64,000 nucleotides of DNA from Savitreella phatthalungensis (GCA_051599415.1 AP039701.1:1-64000); one strand, 5' to 3'. Shown: positions 39,140 through 50,429, numbered from the stretch's first letter. Made by a program: numbers and translations. The notes: a model not told the origin generated them from the letters alone.

Positions 39140-39988
39140 ATGACACCCCTGAGCCTCATGTCGAGATTCGAACGCTTCCGCTTTGTTGAAGGCGGCAAAG
39201 CTAGGGAGCGAGATGACCAGGAAGCTAAAAGGCGAAAGGTCTATGTCAGGAAGAGATCGGATCAAAGGCCGAGTCTTGGATATGCCGATCCAAGCAAGTA
39301 CGCTCATCTGCCAGACGATCTGAATGACATCATGTCGGAAGATATGATCTTGCTCGGCATTGGGCTCAATCCCGGCTTGATGACTGCTACCAGAGGCTAC
39401 TTCTTTGCAAATCCAGGGAATCTGTTCTGGCCACTACTTTACGCATCTGGCATCATCGGCGAGCCAATGCGTGCCGAGCATTCGCGATGCATCGTCGATA
39501 GATGGCATGTGGGACTGACGAACATCGTGAACCGACCAACGCGTTCGAGCAGTGAGCTAAGCTTCGACGAATGCGTGCTTGGCTGTCATCGTACGCATGA
39601 AAAGCTGCAAGCTTTGAAAATCGTACCGCCGGCGATAGTCTGCTTCGCAAAGGGAATTTGGGAGGCGTTCTTCTGCATGATCCACGGCAAGAAAATGTCC
39701 TCCAGTGACAAACGTGCCTTCGCATATGGCTGGCAACCTGATGTCCTGAAAATCCGAACAGCAGGACATGACGATCCAAAATGCGTCCGCATTTTTGTGA
39801 TTCCTGGAACTTCAGGCCGCGTGACAAGCCACTCGATAGAGGAACGAATTGAGATCGCACGACAGCTTGGCGATTGGGTCAATGAGATGCGTAGGCAGCG
39901 TGGTCTGACTGCTGCAGACACACCACCGGATTGGAGTCTTTGCATCGAAGCCGTAAGGCGTGGGAGGATTGACTTACCAACGACCTAA
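39140..39988 (+). CDS. G/U mismatch-specific DNA glycosylase (TDG/MUG, Thp1-like); start uncertain
   Basis: GYADPSKYAHL; IGLNPG (UDG family-2 motif); FANPGNLFW; GLTNIVNRPTR; IPGTSGR. Confidence 0.9.
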   Translation: MTPLSLMSRFERFRFVEGGKARERDDQEAKRRKVYVRKRSDQRPSLGYADPSKYAHLPDDLNDIMSEDMILLGIGLNPGLMTATRGYFFANPGNLFWPLLYASGIIGEPMRAEHSRCIVDRWHVGLTNIVNRPTRSSSELSFDECVLGCHRTHEKLQALKIVPPAIVCFAKGIWEAFFCMIHGKKMSSSDKRAFAYGWQPDVLKIRTAGHDDPKCVRIFVIPGTSGRVTSHSIEERIEIARQLGDWVNEMRRQRGLTAADTPPDWSLCIEAVRRGRIDLPTT

Positions 39989-41496
39989 GATGCATCGTCG
40001 CCATCCAGGACCGTCAATGCTCCGCCGACCAAATGCAGGCTGCCAGTTATCAGCACGCGCCCACCGACACCGTCGGCTAGGGCTCTTCGTTCTGCGCATC
40101 GAAGCGCCTCCTCAATTGACGAGACGACCTGAGCCTCTTTTCCGGTGATTTCGTGCCAGCTTCTTGCGAGATCATGCTGAACCTCGAGCGAGCTCACGGA
40201 CTCAGCAGAGGTATTGATGCTCGTGAGCTCCGCAGAGAATCCCTTATCGATGAAAGTTTGGTTTGAGCAGAAAATGGCACTGGCTGGTATTCTACCTCCG
40301 TCCCGCGAAAGCGCTGCGCAGAGAGCAACAAGAAGCTTTTTTGCATCTCTTGTTTGCTGATTGAAGATAAGCACGTCAGGCGTAATTGTTCCAGATCCTG
40401 CGCCAGTGAACCATGCAGCAACTTGAGTCAGCGATTCGATAGTGTGAGCACCGTCGAGACAGAGCTCGACTCCACTTGGCAGAGTCCTACGCTCACAACG
40501 CCCAGGCCAACGCACCCCTTCCAAGGCAGAGACGAACTCGTCTGGCAACCGCGTTCCTATGTTCTCGTCAACACCTTGAGTGCATAGCCAAGCATTTGCT
40601 AGGGCGATGGCAAGCGACGCGTTGTGAACCTGGAATTCTCCTTCCAGACCCAATTTGATATCGCGCAGTGCTGGATGTGACTTGACGACTTCAAAGCTTG
40701 AGACAGACCGTTCCGATGCGCGGTCTCGCAGAACCTGCAGAGCAGCATTTGGCTGCTCGACAGTGAAGGCAGGGGAACTGCGCTTGAAAATGCCAGCTTT
40801 GTGCCACGCGATCTGCTCAAGCGTCTCTCCCAAGACTTGAACGTGGTCGATGCCGAGACTTGTGACGCCCGTTACGGCGGGTCGTCCTATCACGTTTGTC
40901 GAGTCATGTTCGCCACCAACTCCGCACTCGAGTACCACAACATCGCAGCACTCCTCGTAGAAGGCCTTGAAAGCAAGCATTGTCAGGTATCGGAAGTAGA
41001 CTGGTCTTTCCGGGCCGTGCTCATTCAGCTTGTCCCAGACGTCGTAGAAGTATTCAGTCCAATCTTCTTGTGACAATGGCTCACCATCGATCTGAATGCG
41101 TTCACGAACGGTTTTGAGATGTGGACTGGTGTACAAGCCGACCTTGGGCACTTTCCCGTGAGCGAGCCTGTAGTTTTGTAGGATGGCAGCAACCATGGCG
41201 CTTGTGCTGCCCTTGCCCTTCGTACCTGCAATATGTATGTAATCCGGGGCGTCAACCATCTTCTGAGATATTCCTGCCTTCCGCAGCCAGTCGTGCATCT
41301 CTGGGATGGCATTCTGATTCATCTTACCGCTCGCCCGTAGCCTGGCAATGGTCTCCGCGTTGGACTGCAGGGAGTTGAGGTCCTGGATCGCGGACGCATA
41401 ATCACGTTCGCTAGCAGGACGAGATCCATGAAACAGCCTCTTCGAGTAAAGAGTATGGCAATTACATCGCCATGTCCGCAAAAGCGGCGTTACCAT
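39985..41496 (-). CDS. MET7: Folylpolyglutamate synthase with mitochondrial leader
   Basis: LNSLQSN; IHIAGTKGKGST; GLYTSPHL..VRERI; ECGVGGEHDSTN; WPGRCE; DGAHT; LITGSLHLVGG. Confidence 0.93.
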   Translation of the reverse strand: MVTPLLRTWRCNCHTLYSKRLFHGSRPASERDYASAIQDLNSLQSNAETIARLRASGKMNQNAIPEMHDWLRKAGISQKMVDAPDYIHIAGTKGKGSTSAMVAAILQNYRLAHGKVPKVGLYTSPHLKTVRERIQIDGEPLSQEDWTEYFYDVWDKLNEHGPERPVYFRYLTMLAFKAFYEECCDVVVLECGVGGEHDSTNVIGRPAVTGVTSLGIDHVQVLGETLEQIAWHKAGIFKRSSPAFTVEQPNAALQVLRDRASERSVSSFEVVKSHPALRDIKLGLEGEFQVHNASLAIALANAWLCTQGVDENIGTRLPDEFVSALEGVRWPGRCERRTLPSGVELCLDGAHTIESLTQVAAWFTGAGSGTITPDVLIFNQQTRDAKKLLVALCAALSRDGGRIPASAIFCSNQTFIDKGFSAELTSINTSAESVSSLEVQHDLARSWHEITGKEAQVVSSIEEALRCAERRALADGVGGRVLITGSLHLVGGALTVLDGDDAS

Positions 41497-41704
41497 GACC
41501 TGTACTGCGGCCGGGTGCAGAAAGAGTCAGCACTCCCCGGCGTGCATTGAAAAACACGCACATAGAGATTTCCCCACACATACCCGGCTTGACACACAAC
41601 TTGAGCACCTCTCAGAGTTACCTCGAGTCACATCGAGTCTGAGGGCAATAATTAGGGCGATACACAGACACTGTTTGCTATCGGTCAGAATGACCCGGCC
41701 ATTA

Positions 41705-43519
41705 CTACCAGTATGAGCCACTTCCAGACGCAGCCCGCCAAGCGAGTTTGCCAAGTGGGGAAGCGATGGACGGACGGTGCTTGAGAGAGTGCCTTCGAGC
41801 TGCCGCCAATGAGGTGTGCTCGAGTGGCGTGAGCTGACGACTCACCGGAGTCACGGCAAAGGCAGCAATCGGAGGTGCATTTTCATCACCTTCGTCCTCC
41901 ATGTCGAAGCCAAAATTCACTCTCTTGTCAAAGTCATGGAAAAGGTCGAGATCGTCCTGTTCATCGACCTCATCACACTCAAGCAGGTCTTCGCCATCCA
42001 TCATGCCATCGTTCTCCGTGCAAACATTGCGCGTCGGTAGGGGTAACGGGAAAAGGGCCATCTTCGGGCCCTGGGGTGCTGGCGTTGGCGATGTCGGTGC
42101 CGGGAGTGTCGCTGTATTCAGCGCCGAGAGACTGTCCTGTTGACCGCCGAGAATCTGCTGCTCTGCAATCAATGATTCGTAGTCCTCCTCTAGGTCCGTT
42201 TCGTCGTCAGAGAAGTCGTCCTGCAGGCCGTAACCGCGTCTGGGAGATGACGGACTGGACGGCAGCGGCGACACAATAGCTTCGATGTTTTTTGGTTTCT
42301 GACCACGCAGAGCTAATTCAGCCTCGATGTCGATTTCAAAGCCCGCAGTGCCAATGGACAATCGCTGCTGGGCGGTGCATTGGACCAGCCATGCGACTGA
42401 TAAGCACTCGACCTGTTTGCCAAGTTTGCGAGCCTGCGCGACCTTGTTCAGGCTGCGGCTCGTCCCATCGAGCCATATGACGTGCGTCACGATCGGATCT
42501 GTCAGATCCAAATCGATCGAAGACGATTGATCATTGTCGTGGTGTGTCGCCATCGTCAGTCTTTCCGGAATCCAGACCCACCGTTCGACCACCTTGGCTC
42601 CCAAGTACTCGAGCATGAGCTTGTACTCTGCGAGCTCAGCCTCCTGTTCTCCTTGAGTAGAACAGTCAATGTAAAAGGTAGGTTGTTGGGCGACCTTGTC
42701 ACTGATGCGCAGGTCGGAAAAACTCCGGCTCAATCCTGCAGCCCGTCGCGTTGGTTGGCTGTATTGAGAAGCCGATGCATCGTACAAGGAAGGGCTCACT
42801 GCGCCTGAAGGAGTCTCGGATTTGTTGACAGCTGATGATGCTCGTCTTGGAACCGAGCTAATGGATGCTGCCTTGCGGTGACGAGATGCATTGGGCTGCT
42901 GAGAGCGAATCGGATTCCCGGGCTCGACTGAGGACGCGCGACGCGCTGATCGGCGCTTTGGCGTAGATTCCGGTGATAATGTCAACTCATCAACAACCAC
43001 GTCCGCCGACTTCGACATTTCCGTAGACGTCTCCGTGGCCAAACATAGTCGTTTCGGAGGCTCGTCCGTTGGGGTGGTGGACTTCTTCGCATAGGCTTTC
43101 TTAGACGGCGTCCGCGGCGTGTATTCATGCTTCAGGCCAGCCTTTGTGTCCCTTTGGGCAGTTTGCACACGGCGTGGTGCTTGCTTCAGGGGAGATCCGG
43201 CGCGTGTGGCAATACGAGAGGGCGAACCATGCCCGATGACTCGAGTTCGCTCTTGCCGACGTGCGGGTGACTTGATGCCGGTGACTTGCGCCTGTTCACT
43301 GGGTGGCTTCAGGTTTGTCTGGTACTCCAGCTGTGTCAAGCTGTCAATGTCGGTCCTTATACTTCGTCGTATGGGCGAGCCTAGTACCTTCTTCGTTGGT
43401 GAGCTGGTCAAGGTGGGCTCAATCTTCGGAGTTCGAGAGGACCTGCGAGGTGAATCATTGACAGCAGTCTCGGCAAGTGGCTGTCTAGATGCTGTGTTGA
43501 GTGACGAACGCGTCCTCAT
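41705..43519 (-). CDS. BRCT-domain protein with S/T-P-rich disordered N-terminus
   Basis: FYIDC...LEYLGAKVVERW...VTHVIWLDG...ECLSVAWLVQC BRCT pattern. Confidence 0.72.
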   Translation of the reverse strand: MRTRSSLNTASRQPLAETAVNDSPRRSSRTPKIEPTLTSSPTKKVLGSPIRRSIRTDIDSLTQLEYQTNLKPPSEQAQVTGIKSPARRQERTRVIGHGSPSRIATRAGSPLKQAPRRVQTAQRDTKAGLKHEYTPRTPSKKAYAKKSTTPTDEPPKRLCLATETSTEMSKSADVVVDELTLSPESTPKRRSARRASSVEPGNPIRSQQPNASRHRKAASISSVPRRASSAVNKSETPSGAVSPSLYDASASQYSQPTRRAAGLSRSFSDLRISDKVAQQPTFYIDCSTQGEQEAELAEYKLMLEYLGAKVVERWVWIPERLTMATHHDNDQSSSIDLDLTDPIVTHVIWLDGTSRSLNKVAQARKLGKQVECLSVAWLVQCTAQQRLSIGTAGFEIDIEAELALRGQKPKNIEAIVSPLPSSPSSPRRGYGLQDDFSDDETDLEEDYESLIAEQQILGGQQDSLSALNTATLPAPTSPTPAPQGPKMALFPLPLPTRNVCTENDGMMDGEDLLECDEVDEQDDLDLFHDFDKRVNFGFDMEDEGDENAPPIAAFAVTPVSRQLTPLEHTSLAAARRHSLKHRPSIASPLGKLAWRAASGSGSYW

Positions 43520-44138
43520 ATCCAGCCTTACTCTCTCTTACTCTTTGACTTCCGTGGGTGAGGTCTTGGTTGTTTATGTGTAAACAGAGCTGATCTGAGT
43601 TGCGTCTCAAGGCTGCATTGGTGGCAGTAACATATGTGATTAACGTGTTTGTCCGTTGCCAAGTGAGCCAAGATGCACAGCCCGTGCTAAACTCGAGCCA
43701 GAATATTTGATCGACCCAAAATTTAGAGTTTAGATTTAATCGTGCATTATAGTCCGTCCATATTAGTATAGTACAGTACTCCGTACACGTGCTAGTATAC
43801 TAGACATTCACTCGGACGATCGATCGATCATGTTCAGAGCTTTGGAATGATGATCAAATAAGTTTGATTGATTTCTTATTTTTGTGCATCAGCTGACCAT
43901 GCACGCGTAAGTTCTGGATCTGCCCAGCCATTTAGCCTGCGTTTGAGCCAGTTTGTACGTACTGTAGGTGCAACGGAATGAGAGATCGGTTGTGAGGCAG
44001 AGAGGAAGAAAAACGAAAAGGAACGCTTACGATGTATAAAAAGTGTTTCACAGGTGGTGTCGTCTGAAGCGAAAAGCTCAAGTCAATAGGCGAGCAATTC
44101 AAGTGTTCGCTCTTCTAGGCTTATTGCTGACGACAGAG

Positions 44139-45293
44139 ATGTCGTTGCCTGCTTGCAGGAGACTCTTGACAGGACAGTCCTTCAAGAGACACTGCAGAAT
44201 TACGAGCTCTAGAGCTCAGTCGAGATGCACACGATCTAGCTCGACAAGTGCTCACGCCACCACGGGATCGGCAGATCATGACCCTGACACGCTACTTACG
44301 CAAGATCCTAGCTTGAATCCGTCGCCTGAAAGTCTGGCTGCGTCAGTATTAAATAAGGCAACCCCTCGACCACGATACACACCGCCCCCACTCGGCACAA
44401 ACGCAGCTTATGACCTGGCGCTCAAGTATTTGCAGGAGGAGCGGCAGGAGAGCCAAAGACGACTGCGCAATGCAACCTCTCAATTGAAGCGGCTCGAGGG
44501 AAAACGAGACGAAAAGAGTGCTGAAAAGCGGAAGGAGCTCGAGGCCAAAGTAGAGCAATGGAGTGTGCTGAGCGAGATCAACGATCCAGAAGTACAATGG
44601 AAGGCTGCTCACGGTGAGTTTGACTATGAGCTCGCAGTGTACCGGCATCTCGCGAAGAAGAGGTGGCTCGGTCGTCCGATGCTGCTCACACAGCAGCGTA
44701 TCGAACAGATGCACGTCATTCCGGATCTTCTGCCCAAACTTACGCAGGAGGTCGATGTCAGACTTGGTTTCCCTGCACCGTTGTCGGTTGACTTCGAGAC
44801 TGGAGGATTTTTGCACTCCAAGCAGACAGAGCAAGAGCCAAGCATCAGGATACAGTCCTTTGGCAAGCTGGAACAGACAAATTACACGATAGCTATCATC
44901 AACTTGGACGTCCCAGACGAAGCGGCCAATTCGTACTCGACATATCTGCACTATCTGCGGACCGGCGTCACACTCAGTCCAACGCAAAGTCTGGTTGAGC
45001 AGGATAATGGCACGGTCGCCGTCTCCTGGTTGCCCCCACATCCTTACAAAGGGTTACCCTACCAACGATACGTGACCGTCGTCTGGCGCGAGGGCCCGAC
45101 CACTCTAACATCGGGAAGCTCAGTACCTAAGCGTGAGGGCTTTGACGCTCGGCAATACCAGGCATCCCGCGAGCTGCATCCAGTCGGCATTAGCTTTTGG
45201 CGACAGATCTACGATGACAATGTGCCACTTCTCATGCGTCGCTTCCCAGAAATTGCTTACCAGAGCAAGAACTACCAGAGGGTGCAGGCTTGA
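44139..45293 (+). CDS. MRPL35: Mitochondrial ribosomal protein mL38 (PEBP fold)
   Basis: AYDLALKYL; INDPEVQW; VYRHLAKKRW; QRIEQMHVIPD; WLPPHPYKG.PYQRY. Confidence 0.9.
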   Translation: MSLPACRRLLTGQSFKRHCRITSSRAQSRCTRSSSTSAHATTGSADHDPDTLLTQDPSLNPSPESLAASVLNKATPRPRYTPPPLGTNAAYDLALKYLQEERQESQRRLRNATSQLKRLEGKRDEKSAEKRKELEAKVEQWSVLSEINDPEVQWKAAHGEFDYELAVYRHLAKKRWLGRPMLLTQQRIEQMHVIPDLLPKLTQEVDVRLGFPAPLSVDFETGGFLHSKQTEQEPSIRIQSFGKLEQTNYTIAIINLDVPDEAANSYSTYLHYLRTGVTLSPTQSLVEQDNGTVAVSWLPPHPYKGLPYQRYVTVVWREGPTTLTSGSSVPKREGFDARQYQASRELHPVGISFWRQIYDDNVPLLMRRFPEIAYQSKNYQRVQA

Positions 45294-45814
45294 GCAAGCT
45301 TCAACTACATGACTACAATGATAAGCATAGGCTGCCAACATCGTGTATATATCACTTTTCAATGAACAAGCATGAGCATCCTGTGGCGACTGGCTGGTGT
45401 ATATATATATCGCGATTAGTGTTAATGGCCTGTTCAACATCAATTAGAGAGCAAGGAAAACATTGAATGGTCTCTCTATACTCGAATGAGTACGTTGCAT
45501 CTTCGAGACACGTCAATATTTGCAATCTTAATATTTGCTATTTCCATTGAATGCTCATGGTCATCAGAAATTGAAATTCAGTTCAAAAGGTCGATGGAAT
45601 ATGCATTGACGGAAATTTCAGGTCCAAGCCACAGCCACTCATTCAAGTTCTGGCCGTGGGAAAAGATTAAATGCCTCTCATTCACGATTCGCTAGGCAAC
45701 GGGATGGAGGAGAGGTACGAGGACAAGATTGATGATTGGAAGGTTTCATCACGGCATATTTGCGCGACAACAGAGTACCGTTAACTCAGTACTCCTCTCA
45801 ATCAATATATCATC

Positions 45815-46430
45815 ATGGTGCGTTAGTTCACAAGCTACCTCCGGTCCATCCAAGGGATGCTCGACAGTCAAGCGTTAGCTTAGTCGTCGGCGCATTTCCT
45901 CCTGACTTTGGACCGGCTGGCGTATATTGAAATCGCTTGTGCGGCCCGACTGACGCGATATTTCTCTTCCAGGTTGACCAGGCTGTTACGATCCGCACGC
46001 GTCGCTTCTTGACGAACCGTCTGCTTTCGCGAAAGCAGATGGTCGTCGACGTCCTCCACCCTGCCCAGCCAAATGCATCAAAGTCCGAGGTGGCTGAGAA
46101 GCTCGCTGCCATGTACAACGTCGACAAGCAGCAGGTCTCCACATTCGGCTTCCGCACGGCATACGGTGGTGGTCGCTCGACCGGCTTTGCCCTCATCTAC
46201 GATTCTCTCGATGCTCTGAAGAAGTTCGAGCCAGTATACAGACAGGTCCGTGTCGGCCTTGCCACCAAGCGCGAGCGTGCCTCCCGCCAGCAGCGCAAGC
46301 AGCGCAAGAACCGTCTGCTCAAGCGTATGTCCTCTCAATCTTGCATCTCATGCTAGTATGACAGCTACTGACTTTTTTAGTTCGCGGCACTGCCAAGGCA
46401 AAGGGCGCAAAGGCAAAGAAGGAGAAGTAA
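45815..46430 (+). CDS. RPS24: 40S ribosomal protein S24 (eS24); exons 45815-45817, 45973-46324, 46381-46430
   Basis: [66 protein letters not shown]; canonical GT..CTGAC..AG introns. Confidence 0.96.
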
Positions 46431-46535
46431 ACTATTCTTCATTCTTAGTGTTACAACCTTTTCATCACGACTCAATCATATACATGATCCAGCACTCCAT
46501 CAGTGACGTGTGCCTTGAAAAGTCTACGTGTGTTT

Positions 46536-48890
46536 CTAGCTGTCGTCACCAGAAATGAAGCCTCGAGCAAGTGCGCGAGCCAACCACAGGCGCACCAGCT
46601 GGAGTACCTTTTCCGGTGATGTCTTCTGTACAAAGAGGTCGTGACTGACTGCACCCTGATAGATGCAGTCGCGCCAACTGCATTTCGAGGCCAGACTCGT
46701 GCCTGCATCGTCCATACTATCGGGAGTACTTTGCGATGTGCGCGGCTTGGTGATAGCTTTTCGCAGAAGTGCCATTGCTTCCATCCAAGCGAATTTGTCA
46801 TCATCCTCACCATCCGCACGAGCTCTTAGCTCAGTGTCCATCGCCTGGGTCTGCAGGGCCGCCGAAAGGTCCGGCGCTGTGCTGTAGAAGTCTTCAATCG
46901 CCGCCAAACAGTCGAACAAGTCCCTGTGACCGAATGCTACTTTGGCCGCATGAATGCCAGATCCTAGAGCTCCGCTGACAGGCGCGCCGAGCAAAGGCAG
47001 CGACTCTGCAAGCAGCAAGGCCATATACCGCTTCGGAAGATCTGGAAATTTCATCAGGGCAGCCAAATGCCTTGCTGCCTCGCGTGGCTCCTCGCTATCC
47101 TTGCAGCGGTAGTAAGCAGACAGCGTTGCGTACGGGGCGAGCAAAACTGATAAAGACGCAGAAGGCAGCTCAGCAGGAGAGTCCAGGGCCGCAACAAGTT
47201 CGGGATCGACGCTTGCAGGTCGGCCTTGCAATAACGTATGAGAAAAAAGCGTCCAATTAAGCTGGTCGATCATGGCTGCTTGATCCGCACGATCATATGC
47301 CAGAGCAGCTCGATAGTGATGATGTTGAGCCTCTAATTTGCGTCCCCAGACTGTCTCAATCTGAATGGCGGCATCGTCCATGTCGAGTGTGTCGCATAAG
47401 GCCAGAGCATAGTCGACCTCTTCTTGGGAGGAGAAAGCTACACGAGGCAGCGTCAGAGCAACACGGTCCGTCCCGTGCACAGGAACGTGCTTCCATAGCA
47501 AGACCGCGGACTTCCAGGCCGCTGGCAGACCGATAAGCTTATCACCCGCTCGGAGTAGAAGAAGCTCGCGCAGACTGAGCTCCAGATCCGCCGAGCGCAC
47601 GTCCTCAAGGACTTCGACCTTCTCGAGCAGATCGGCGAGCATTGCTGCGCCAAGTTCGTCGACCTGGACAACATTCTTGACTGCGTTCGGTCCATTGGCA
47701 GCACACAGTGCAGCGCAAGCAGCCTCAGATGCCAGCGTTGTGTCCACATTCAGTTCGGATTCTTCCGGATTCACTGCAATGTCGTACAGAGCCCGCACAT
47801 CCTTTGCAGCCTTGCAGCCGGTTGGGTCAAAGAGCAGAGCCAAGGCTGCGAGTGCTTCTTGCCAGGTCTCTGCATGTCTGAAAACAGCTTCCCGATCTCC
47901 GCGTAGCAATTCATACGCCTGCCGGAAGCACAGATCGTTGTCACTGTCCGGGAGACTCAATGTCTTGCTGAGCTGGACCAGCTTTTGTCTCCAACGCTTA
48001 TACTGGCTAGAGAATTGTCCGACGTTGCCAACATAGCTATTAGCGCGTGGACAAGATGAGAGCATCAGGCATAGGTCGCGCGTGGCCTGAGCCGTCGGCA
48101 TATCGATCTGAGCCAGCCCAGAGGACTCGAGACACTTGCGTACCATGTCAAACAAACCACGAATAATGCCTTTGTAGACGTAGTCCCAGAAAGAGGGATG
48201 GAGGTACGGTTGTCTCGAGAGCATTATCTCCTCTCCTTCTTCTGCCGTAGGTCTCGGATCGCTTCGATTGACCCAGTCCATCAGCGCATCGGACAAGGAT
48301 GTCTCTCGAGGGGCGAGATAGACTGCGTCTAAGCACGAAAGCACGCCGTGCATCTCCCTGTAGGAAAGAGCATCGAGCTCGTCCTGCTCAATGATCTCCT
48401 CGCGCTCTGCTATCCGGCGACCGGCGAGATCGTATGCTTCCCGATAGCCTTCACAGGCTGTTCTTGCTAGATCGAGTGGGTCCAGCTCAGGATCGTCATT
48501 GTAGCGGAACGCGAGCTCGTCCAGACACGCCAGACAGTCATTGGCCAGATCCACTTGCTCTTCTACAGCGAGACCACGCTCATCACCTTTGCTGTGGAAA
48601 CGAAATACCCGGGCTTCGTCGCGCACAAACGGAGCGTGATCCTTGGCAGTTGATGTGATGAAGGCAAGTTGATTGTCGAGGTAGGGATGTGAGATGACGC
48701 CAACATGCCTCTTCCCTTGTAGAAAACCTGCAACGGCACCATGTGCGATCGGTGCACCTTCGATAACAATCTCCTTTACAGCTGTATCGGTCTCTGCGTT
48801 CAACGTATCTGCATCGTCGAGAGACGCGTAGTCGTTGTCCCTTGTTGCGATGGCGGCCTTTGTCGGGGCAAAGGAGAAGCCTGAGGACAT
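46536..48890 (-). CDS. NUP85: Nucleoporin Nup85
   Basis: LMDWVN...P; HPSFWDYVYKGIIRG; LLRGD......AETWQEAL; helical 784-aa protein. Confidence 0.8.
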   Translation of the reverse strand: MSSGFSFAPTKAAIATRDNDYASLDDADTLNAETDTAVKEIVIEGAPIAHGAVAGFLQGKRHVGVISHPYLDNQLAFITSTAKDHAPFVRDEARVFRFHSKGDERGLAVEEQVDLANDCLACLDELAFRYNDDPELDPLDLARTACEGYREAYDLAGRRIAEREEIIEQDELDALSYREMHGVLSCLDAVYLAPRETSLSDALMDWVNRSDPRPTAEEGEEIMLSRQPYLHPSFWDYVYKGIIRGLFDMVRKCLESSGLAQIDMPTAQATRDLCLMLSSCPRANSYVGNVGQFSSQYKRWRQKLVQLSKTLSLPDSDNDLCFRQAYELLRGDREAVFRHAETWQEALAALALLFDPTGCKAAKDVRALYDIAVNPEESELNVDTTLASEAACAALCAANGPNAVKNVVQVDELGAAMLADLLEKVEVLEDVRSADLELSLRELLLLRAGDKLIGLPAAWKSAVLLWKHVPVHGTDRVALTLPRVAFSSQEEVDYALALCDTLDMDDAAIQIETVWGRKLEAQHHHYRAALAYDRADQAAMIDQLNWTLFSHTLLQGRPASVDPELVAALDSPAELPSASLSVLLAPYATLSAYYRCKDSEEPREAARHLAALMKFPDLPKRYMALLLAESLPLLGAPVSGALGSGIHAAKVAFGHRDLFDCLAAIEDFYSTAPDLSAALQTQAMDTELRARADGEDDDKFAWMEAMALLRKAITKPRTSQSTPDSMDDAGTSLASKCSWRDCIYQGAVSHDLFVQKTSPEKVLQLVRLWLARALARGFISGDDS

Positions 48891-49466
48891 GTCTGCTGGT
48901 CAGCAGTCGTGAAGACTCAGGCCTTGACGCCGTTCGTAAAGAGATTGAGACGGGTCTGAAAGGCTTAAAGAACGCGTTGATCCTCCCAGAAGATGTGTAT
49001 GATCAAGTTTGTATGCCTCTACAGGGCTCTGCTATATTGATGGTTGGTTTACGTGCTGCATTCAGCTCAATCGATCATCATCAATACATATTGCATTGCA
49101 CATGTTGCGTCTTCTAAGTCTTGCATCCAGATCCTGAGTATGCACGTGAGCCAGGCTTTCAAATAATGCATCTGGGTACACGTGCACGAATCCAGTCTAC
49201 GAAATTCAAACATTTGAGATTCATCCAGACAGACTTTTACAAATTGACTGCAGCTCGTAATCAGACACTGGATGTCTTACACTCAATGCAAGAACATCAA
49301 CCCAGGTGTAGTACTGCTACGGTAAAAATAATAATATCATTTTATTGATGGATTGATTGATCTATCTTCGCTTATCTTGATCTTTTTCACCAAATTTGCT
49401 CAGACAGAGTTTTGACTGCATAGATTGACGTCACAGATCAACGACTCGCTTCCACGGATTCGTACT

Positions 49467-49560
49467 TCTCTCTCTCTCTCTCTGCCTCTCTCTCTCTGCC
49501 TCTCTCTCTGCCTCTCTCTCTCTCTGCCTCTCTCTCTTGCCTTTCTCTGTCTCTTTCCTC
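49467..49560. repeat. (CT)n / (TCTCTCTCTGCC)n microsatellite
   Basis: Direct inspection. Confidence 0.88.
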
Positions 49561-49871
49561 CAAGCAGTGAATTAGTTTCGAATGAAGAGTGCGTGTGGGG
49601 ATGGTTAGATCCTCACTCAGTACAGTCAGATCCACCTAGAGCTCTCGATACGAGATCTAAAAGACGTACACGTCAATCCTAGCATCAGTTCAATCCGAAC
49701 TCATCCTCGTCCTTCTCATCAGGACAGCATAAAAGAACGAGCTCTTCCTTCACAGAAATCATTGGCCTCATTCGTAAAGATCATATGAACTGGACTTCAT
49801 CCAGGCTTCTGACTACAATTAAATACAGACCAACCACATTACCCGCTTTTCGTCAAGCCAACGCAAGAGCC

Positions 49872-50429
49872 ATGTCCTCGGCCACTTCAAACCATCCTAC
49901 ACGCAAGCCCACAGCAGACGAGCAATCTATCATTGATCGTGTACTCTTGCTGTACCAGTGCAAGCCGTCGGAGCACGCATACTCGATCTATGCTGACGAT
50001 GCCGTCTTCCATGACCCTGTTTCGATTGCTCAGGGCAAGAAGAGCATCATGTCTCAGTTCAATGGCATGCCAAAGATCTTCGAGCGATCAGACACGGTCA
50101 AATGCGACGTGCTCGACCATGACGGCAGTTCGGCCGCATCCGCAGGTGCAGGCACAGGTGCAGCCGCAGCTGGCACCACTACAGACCTCAAGCTTGACCT
50201 GACGCAGCACTACGTCTTCAAGGTTGGTGGCGCAGAGAAGACCCTCAACTCACTCGTCACCCTCAAGCGTGACGCGCAGGGACTCGTCAAGCAGCACGAC
50301 GAAGAGTGGGACCACAAGAAGAATACGACGGGGGACGACGGCTTCTTTGGCAAGATCAACGAGCTTCGCAAGAAGTTCATGGCTTCTGTGATCGACAGCA
50401 CAGTCACTTCTGATCCCAGTAAGGTGTAG
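49872..50429 (+). CDS. NTF2/SnoaL-like fold fungal protein (alternative upstream ATG at 49785)
   Basis: IYADDAVFHDPVSIAQG...QFNGMPKIF; SLVTLKRD..GLV..H.EEWDH. Confidence 0.75.
   Translation: MSSATSNHPTRKPTADEQSIIDRVLLLYQCKPSEHAYSIYADDAVFHDPVSIAQGKKSIMSQFNGMPKIFERSDTVKCDVLDHDGSSAASAGAGTGAAAAGTTTDLKLDLTQHYVFKVGGAEKTLNSLVTLKRDAQGLVKQHDEEWDHKKNTTGDDGFFGKINELRKKFMASVIDSTVTSDPSKV

Noticed and set aside
43899..44138. Upstream coding exon for MRPL35 (ATGCACGC|GTAAGT ... CTGACGACAG)
   Set aside because: The splice would be out of frame with MRPL35; at most a 5' UTR intron
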